Virus record (IMG/VR): IMGVR_UViG_3300045988_183134
Span: 96,001-160,000 of that record
From: a virus
Direction: 5' to 3' (one strand)
Length of the DNA stretch: 64,000 bases
Both the position numbers and the translations under genes were made by a program. A model generated the notes under the pieces. That model had not been told where the DNA came from and did not search any database. It saw only the letters and a list, made by a program, of their open reading frames with translations. Positions 61,201 to 64,000 of this stretch are shown piece by piece; the first letter of the stretch is position 1; each line of letters begins with the position of its first letter.

Positions 61201-64000
61201 CATCGGCACAGGTCGTTTGGCTGAGTACGGCGATGAAAACACGGCTAAGAAGTATGTTCTGGCTGTTGCAGGCGGTGGTGGTGCTAACCAGCACGGCGCT
61301 TGCGATGCTACTGGCGGTTCCGATAACAACGGCGTCCTGCATGTCTGGGGCGGCCAGCTTGGCGGCGGTGGTCCGTTTGGCCAAGGTATGTCTGGCGGCG
61401 ACTTCTCTATGTTCCTCGGTGGTATTACTGATGGTTCTTCTGAGGTTGGTGTTGAAGGCCCTGGCGGTGGCGGCGGCGGCTGGTACGGCGGCTACGCTAA
61501 CGAGTCCTCTAAGCTCGCCAATGCAGATGGCTGGGGCAGCTGTAAGCGCGACGGCAATGGCGGTTTGAGCTGGGCTGCAGGCGTTGGTACTACTCTAACT
61601 GATGCAGGCGGACACAAGGTTCAGGTCTTGGAAGTCAACATCAGCAATGATGGCGGCGGTTCCGGTTCTGAGCAGGCTGGTAATTCCAGCATTGAGCTGG
61701 TCAAATCCTCTGTTTCTCGTTTCTCTCGTAACGGCAAGAATGCTTTCGATACCGCATACGAAGATACCGACCCCGATTCCGGTATTGAGGAACAGCATGT
61801 AACCATTACTATCACTGCAGCCAATAAGCTGTATGATGGCAACCCCGATGAAGCTTCCATCAGCGTTTCCGGCAACCTGTCTTCTACCGATATGGACAAT
61901 ATCGTGAAGAACACCACTATCGTCTATGCTAACCGTAAAGGTACATTGACGAAGGCTCCAAGCGATGCGTCTACGGACAAGAACCAGTATCCGCGCTCCG
62001 ATTGCGGTTCCTATACCGCAACAGCAAAATGTACGGTGTCGGGTTACATCATCACATATCGCTACGAGAACACGAACCCCGGTCATACTTATGACGGCAG
62101 CAGTCCGAGCGGTATTGGTGATACCGTCAAGTTCGATATCTATCCTCGCGGATTGACGATTATCGGTACTGGCGATAAACCCTACGACCGCACCAGCAAG
62201 GCAACTCTGGAAAATGTTCATATTGCTTCTGGCGGCTTGATTGCGAAGGACGAGAACACTGTGAAGCTGAGCACCACTACGGTGACTGGTAACTACACGG
62301 TTGATGGCAAGAATGTCAGCGATGCTGGCGGTCCCTATGTCGTCATCCGAACCAGTGAACTCTCTCTCGTTGGCAACAGCGCAGGCAACTACTACATTGA
62401 GAAGGAAGACTTGTCTGGCTCTATCACTCCTCTGGATTTGTACGTTCACAGTATTTATCTGGAAGACCCGACCTATCCTCGCAACGTCAAACACTATGAC
62501 GGCACGACCAAAGCCACCATTAAGGATATCCTGATTGATGGCGTGCTTGAAGGTGATGACGTTAAGATTAAGGAAGAAACCCTTCCCGGCAATTATAAGA
62601 CCAAGGATGCTGGCCAGAAGCTGAATGCAGATGGCACGGTAAGCTCCAACTGGCCTTATGAGTTGGACGAGAATCCGATTACGGCAGATGCTCATCCGAC
62701 ACTGACTGGTAAGGATGCCAAGAACTACCGTATCACAAAGGAGAAGTATTCCGGCGCTATCGCACGCGCCAACCTGACCGCACAGGTTGCAAGTTGGCGT
62801 GGATTGTATGGTGACGGCGTAGGGGAGAAGCCCTGGCATGACAAGAAGGCTTACGGTTACGGTACTGCAGCTTCTGCAGGCTGCTGGCTGGAAATCGATG
62901 GTCTGGTGCAGGGTGATACCTTGACTTTGGACCAGAGCTACAAGAAGTCTTATTTCAAGACTCTGGTAAGTGGTCATGAAAGTCTTGTTCCTGATGAATC
63001 GACTCCTGTTGGCACTTATCCGTTAACTTATGTTGGCTTGACTGAAGCCAATTACCCCGTTCTGAAGAACTATATTGTCATGGTTCTGAATGGCCGCTTT
63101 GTCGTTGACCCGCGTCCGCTGCATGTGACGGTTCTTGACAGCGATAAGATTATCTACAACGAGAACCCGAACTTCCATGTGAACATTCAGATGGAAGATG
63201 ATGATGCAAATCTGATTGATGTCGTGAGCGACGTTGACGCCACTCCGATTCTGGATGCAAAGCTCAAGGCGAAAGATACAGTCAGCAGCGTCTTGTACGT
63301 TGCGGGCGGTAATCCCTCCAACCTGACTCAAGAATTTGTGGATGCCTACGATTATCGTAAGCAGGAAAATGTCAAGGAAAGCAAGACCAATATCCCGTTT
63401 GTGACCGATTGCACCATCAGCTCCCTGCCTCTGTACGCAGATGGTACGAGCACCGATGATGATTTTGAGTGGAACTACGAGGATAAGACCTGCGATTTCT
63501 GCCATTATAACCACAAGCTTCTGGCTCCGTATCTGGTAACTATCAACACCGACACCAAGAGTGGTCCTGCATTGGATGTTCATACGGTCGTTAACCCGAA
63601 TGGTGAAACGGTTCGCAACTACGAGCTGATTATCCATGATGGCGGCCTGTATGTGCATCCGGCTCTGCTGAAGGCTACGGTTCCTCTGTACGTCTGTATG
63701 TATGGCAACACCACAAGTGGTGAGGTCAAAGAGCCTACCAACTATCGCATCACGAACTACTCTACTGTGGCTATCCAAATCAAGAATATCAAGGCCAATG
63801 GTCCTTGGCTGATGCGTGATATGCCTGGCATGGAGTACTACCCTGACGGCGAGTATGGCAACTCGGTATACGACATGACAAAGAACCGTCTGCGCCGTGG
63901 CGAGCTGTACATGCGTCTGCGCGATACCGTCCTGACTCAGGGTGATAACGCAATTGACCATAGCGATACGGCTTGGGTCATTCCGAAAGCTACCGGCGAT
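55283..64000 (+). CDS. giant secreted surface protein, more than 2,905 codons, continues past the window end
   Basis: RBS GAAAGGA. Signal peptide is MQKIMQKVTSVALAASMLFSMMSTTALAFA. I translated 55283 to about 58200 and spot-checked at 61379 and 63959-64000 without finding a stop. All + ORFs listed in this span are in another frame. Ig-like segments are present. The glycine-rich domain (YTAPYTGEYIITLNGAGGG...GGGGGGWYGGY) lies at about 60.84-61.56 kb. MBG/YDG-type repeats lie at about 61.8-63.2 kb. The ATVPLYVCMYG module lies at 63.66 kb. Confidence 0.85.
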   Translation, partial: MQKIMQKVTSVALAASMLFSMMSTTALAFADETGDSTSVSTDVTDAPAAEEADAVDSGSSNDADSSDATSAPTITDVVDLTHESYEDTNSNDETTQDATSDVVDGEETSESDANDTEVSTPETAEPTFVGLQTVTPEYGDKLTANVGDSVTLDALLNRDDVAVTYQWQRKQNFAVDTALALYNYEEDEPTWYNFVIEDTTEHTVLEERPDYVWQGCEMYYAVVDALDEIGADSSDVQIAYHTPNFVLDGYTITAANAEDGTVEVYASNGESTYTAHLNDDGKWEFGDEAAASQDTDWQDIEGATESTYTFEVTEDDLSANYRCRIVVTDEAYREENFKALEDLGNELTDEDKAGDIILQTAQFSISLPEDENSSDVATQNMPDTVVMLADTFSSRSADSIAISSDNQWITGLNGNYEYITKNMYDQVTEWFKAGKIDKATADRYWTQIGGAWSGSKVGTANVLDDNGFPTGATRQYMEFPLTDGNMLEVNSEWYGQTVYFRPHNNSNDWNLTGTAVNVPAYTAVLRNNGSYGTGASGTKYKDAVVFLNPWVSDAGRMYANFINFVSDNGWLRNTSGSGHLSQHITVLSVKAEQFNQDPDQYMMDAEGNYRIDSIGWGVCVNQEPDLSGKAYYAIKAFLSQGYGMCIGHDTMYAYAGSWYDAHEAGYTDPGSRDYYEGGRYGPDKNDTSTRYYVLNSVPNIDNGHWNMNALMGANGGNIDSGTVLPTDAISMILSTGGSHSSYGKAGIMYGSDQLSVKLKPYSNSQAQSTVKYRNPTNFPYDVPTGTTLEASKTHSNSQVAFGPIWVEYAGGNVTGAEFGYNPDPTTKTITDEETGQSWFGTSNFYLSGTGNFLMNQIGHLPDNKATKAEASLFANTVMYISQRKQCEICAAQQNGQEDVHFVIRVSSVNAQQVLSALQNGGTFWYPLNGCYQLTDDLTLPEGWKPIKNFSGHWNADVYKVKLASNNQPVFDNTSVTANGMYTSGKNNGWNLGSDMTKGTLPILKLDNQPDVRITGVARVVGDLNALFPTSYGVTDYTGYKVVVHGSDGVDYNCVVNSDSKYVISNLPTTGMMRADVIDKSGNKVTQFGMITVDVPNHFWNDTETHPLQLMTPTADPIDDYKDWEGPVNKTVDSKLYYNEQLKASDVTWYYRIISVDNQVGDWVKIGNPGTSFDTSDGTVSGKINSLTFTAATDSDLPYTTSSVSYSKLDYTTNRIQFKCEYNVSGTVYSSMDKAEDGRNGYVDVEIRPMYIEQAFDRRISVGGSTSFSFDAFYWKGVEDGLTYEVQYRDASGNWVAVGSDSTLFPSSKYKISYVTKTDDNDALGGGVWYPSDFWVPDSFTGSDAKMNAGKSTFNKHTTVTLELSNAAMDWDGTDFRCVFTYKSTGHTMSTDTTTANDIAQARTGHLIIYAPPIEMTPLKAQSLLLNNYDSSNGNLAWTTPASNPNNGRSPKEIPLDAINPDKLGQGGKAYGAAGDNKAIYTTKITYYGNKDSAPTIKWLYSDVAGGGSLSQFKDVGDAVTLKYSDVGKKIGNISKLNSRVAELEKSFMSSGKAFNKFSGYIKLEAMYPTESKDLNNSSYAEWNAIVSLYIDNATNPMDYGNTHFYFRCQAEAQYMQNWDSADMKPYTTAATDAYNFNRDVNSSNPEDHLYKDISQSSYGAELVLDYNISIKANVPNKATKKRNTITTANGSAKDISTLRNEISEINTALNNGGAVYNYKDLAIIAPNGLRYMETYFIAGNGVNNRSGIDSRDTVVIDNKIRNSDGKCFTDLFEKVTDDEFVNKRQGFAYRSKSGNTIPKETWEWFWRNAIYYICYDAPTTKANMDQVYFYIDEQNSGASSSQVYSEPNSTSKPYSMYTAPYTGEYIITLNGAGGGVDNQFGLSPERTSLGGKTTIRVKAEKGATLYFVNGGAGSHDPTHYVNGASSPDANAKVVVQGGYNGGGNGGIMMQERYAHWSLKGASGGGATTVAVGIIGTGRLAEYGDENTAKKYVLAVAGGGGANQHGACDATGGSDNNGVLHVWGGQLGGGGPFGQGMSGGDFSMFLGGITDGSSEVGVEGPGGGGGGWYGGYANESSKLANADGWGSCKRDGNGGLSWAAGVGTTLTDAGGHKVQVLEVNISNDGGGSGSEQAGNSSIELVKSSVSRFSRNGKNAFDTAYEDTDPDSGIEEQHVTITITAANKLYDGNPDEASISVSGNLSSTDMDNIVKNTTIVYANRKGTLTKAPSDASTDKNQYPRSDCGSYTATAKCTVSGYIITYRYENTNPGHTYDGSSPSGIGDTVKFDIYPRGLTIIGTGDKPYDRTSKATLENVHIASGGLIAKDENTVKLSTTTVTGNYTVDGKNVSDAGGPYVVIRTSELSLVGNSAGNYYIEKEDLSGSITPLDLYVHSIYLEDPTYPRNVKHYDGTTKATIKDILIDGVLEGDDVKIKEETLPGNYKTKDAGQKLNADGTVSSNWPYELDENPITADAHPTLTGKDAKNYRITKEKYSGAIARANLTAQVASWRGLYGDGVGEKPWHDKKAYGYGTAASAGCWLEIDGLVQGDTLTLDQSYKKSYFKTLVSGHESLVPDESTPVGTYPLTYVGLTEANYPVLKNYIVMVLNGRFVVDPRPLHVTVLDSDKIIYNENPNFHVNIQMEDDDANLIDVVSDVDATPILDAKLKAKDTVSSVLYVAGGNPSNLTQEFVDAYDYRKQENVKESKTNIPFVTDCTISSLPLYADGTSTDDDFEWNYEDKTCDFCHYNHKLLAPYLVTINTDTKSGPALDVHTVVNPNGETVRNYELIIHDGGLYVHPALLKATVPLYVCMYGNTTSGEVKEPTNYRITNYSTVAIQIKNIKANGPWLMRDMPGMEYYPDGEYGNSVYDMTKNRLRRGELYMRLRDTVLTQGDNAIDHSDTAWVIPKATGD

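Noticed and set aside
57044-63961. Minus-strand ORFs of 1446, 460 and 312 aa (57044-61384, 61595-62977, 63023-63961)
   Set aside because: They are antisense shadows of the giant + strand ORF. They lack RBS and signal features and have low-complexity V/I/R/G/A composition. The + frame has a signal peptide and recognisable domains.
1-64000. Diversity-generating retroelement, retron or group II intron behind the paralog array
   Set aside because: No reverse-transcriptase-like ORF (YxDD context) and no template/variable repeat pair were seen in the window.
1-64000. Conjugation machinery (relaxase, coupling protein, VirB4) and partition genes
   Set aside because: None was recognised among the ORFs. 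PcfJ-like, TopB and the sortases only hint at a conjugative lineage, so the element is not called conjugative.

Overview
This 64 kb window reads as part of a plasmid-type replicon of about 50% GC from a Firmicutes/Clostridia-like host; the host call is an inference. All family calls come from motifs I recognise by eye. No database search was run.

Gene content:
- Nearly all credible genes are on the + strand. The many very long minus-strand ORFs in the track are antisense shadows.
- Backbone: a primase-like Rep initiator (5662-7812), an iteron-rich origin region (7.9-8.9 kb), a type IA topoisomerase (11755-14211) and a PcfJ-like protein (39321-40754).
- Secreted and surface proteins are heavily represented. 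They include a six-member tandem family of one secreted domain (23.7-30.7 kb), an 806-aa BspA/DUF285-type LRR protein, two lipoproteins, a SrtB-type sortase and a second sortase-like gene.
- An open reading frame of more than 2,900 codons (55283 to the window end) is missing from the ORF track because it has no stop in the window.
- Mobile DNA: two TnpB elements and one intact IscB element, each with IS200/IS605-style imperfect GNRA hairpins at both ends and no TnpA, plus two decayed IscB 3' remnants.
- 41.8-53.2 kb is a TA/defence-like island. It holds a HicB-like operon, an XRE-M78-like gene with a HipA-like kinase, two orphan ATPases, and a translationally coupled three-gene operon ending in a SecB-like chaperone.

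Most interesting signals:
1. A stereotyped 28-bp promoter (TTGCCn-N3-TGTGCGAA-N5-kATAAT) occurs 11 times, with an invariant 8-mer inside the spacer.
2. The SecB-like operon is a candidate toxin-antitoxin-chaperone module. Its middle gene has a shorter, chaperone-less paralog at 41406-41777.
3. A 57-codon Cys-rich ORF absent from the track, with a strong promoter and RBS, sits just upstream of an M50B-like membrane metalloprotease next to the origin.
4. A 579-aa TnpB-like protein lacks all zinc-finger cysteines.
5. The secreted paralog array and the giant-protein surface system.

No rRNA, tRNA, CRISPR array, reverse transcriptase, relaxase or T4SS gene was recognised.
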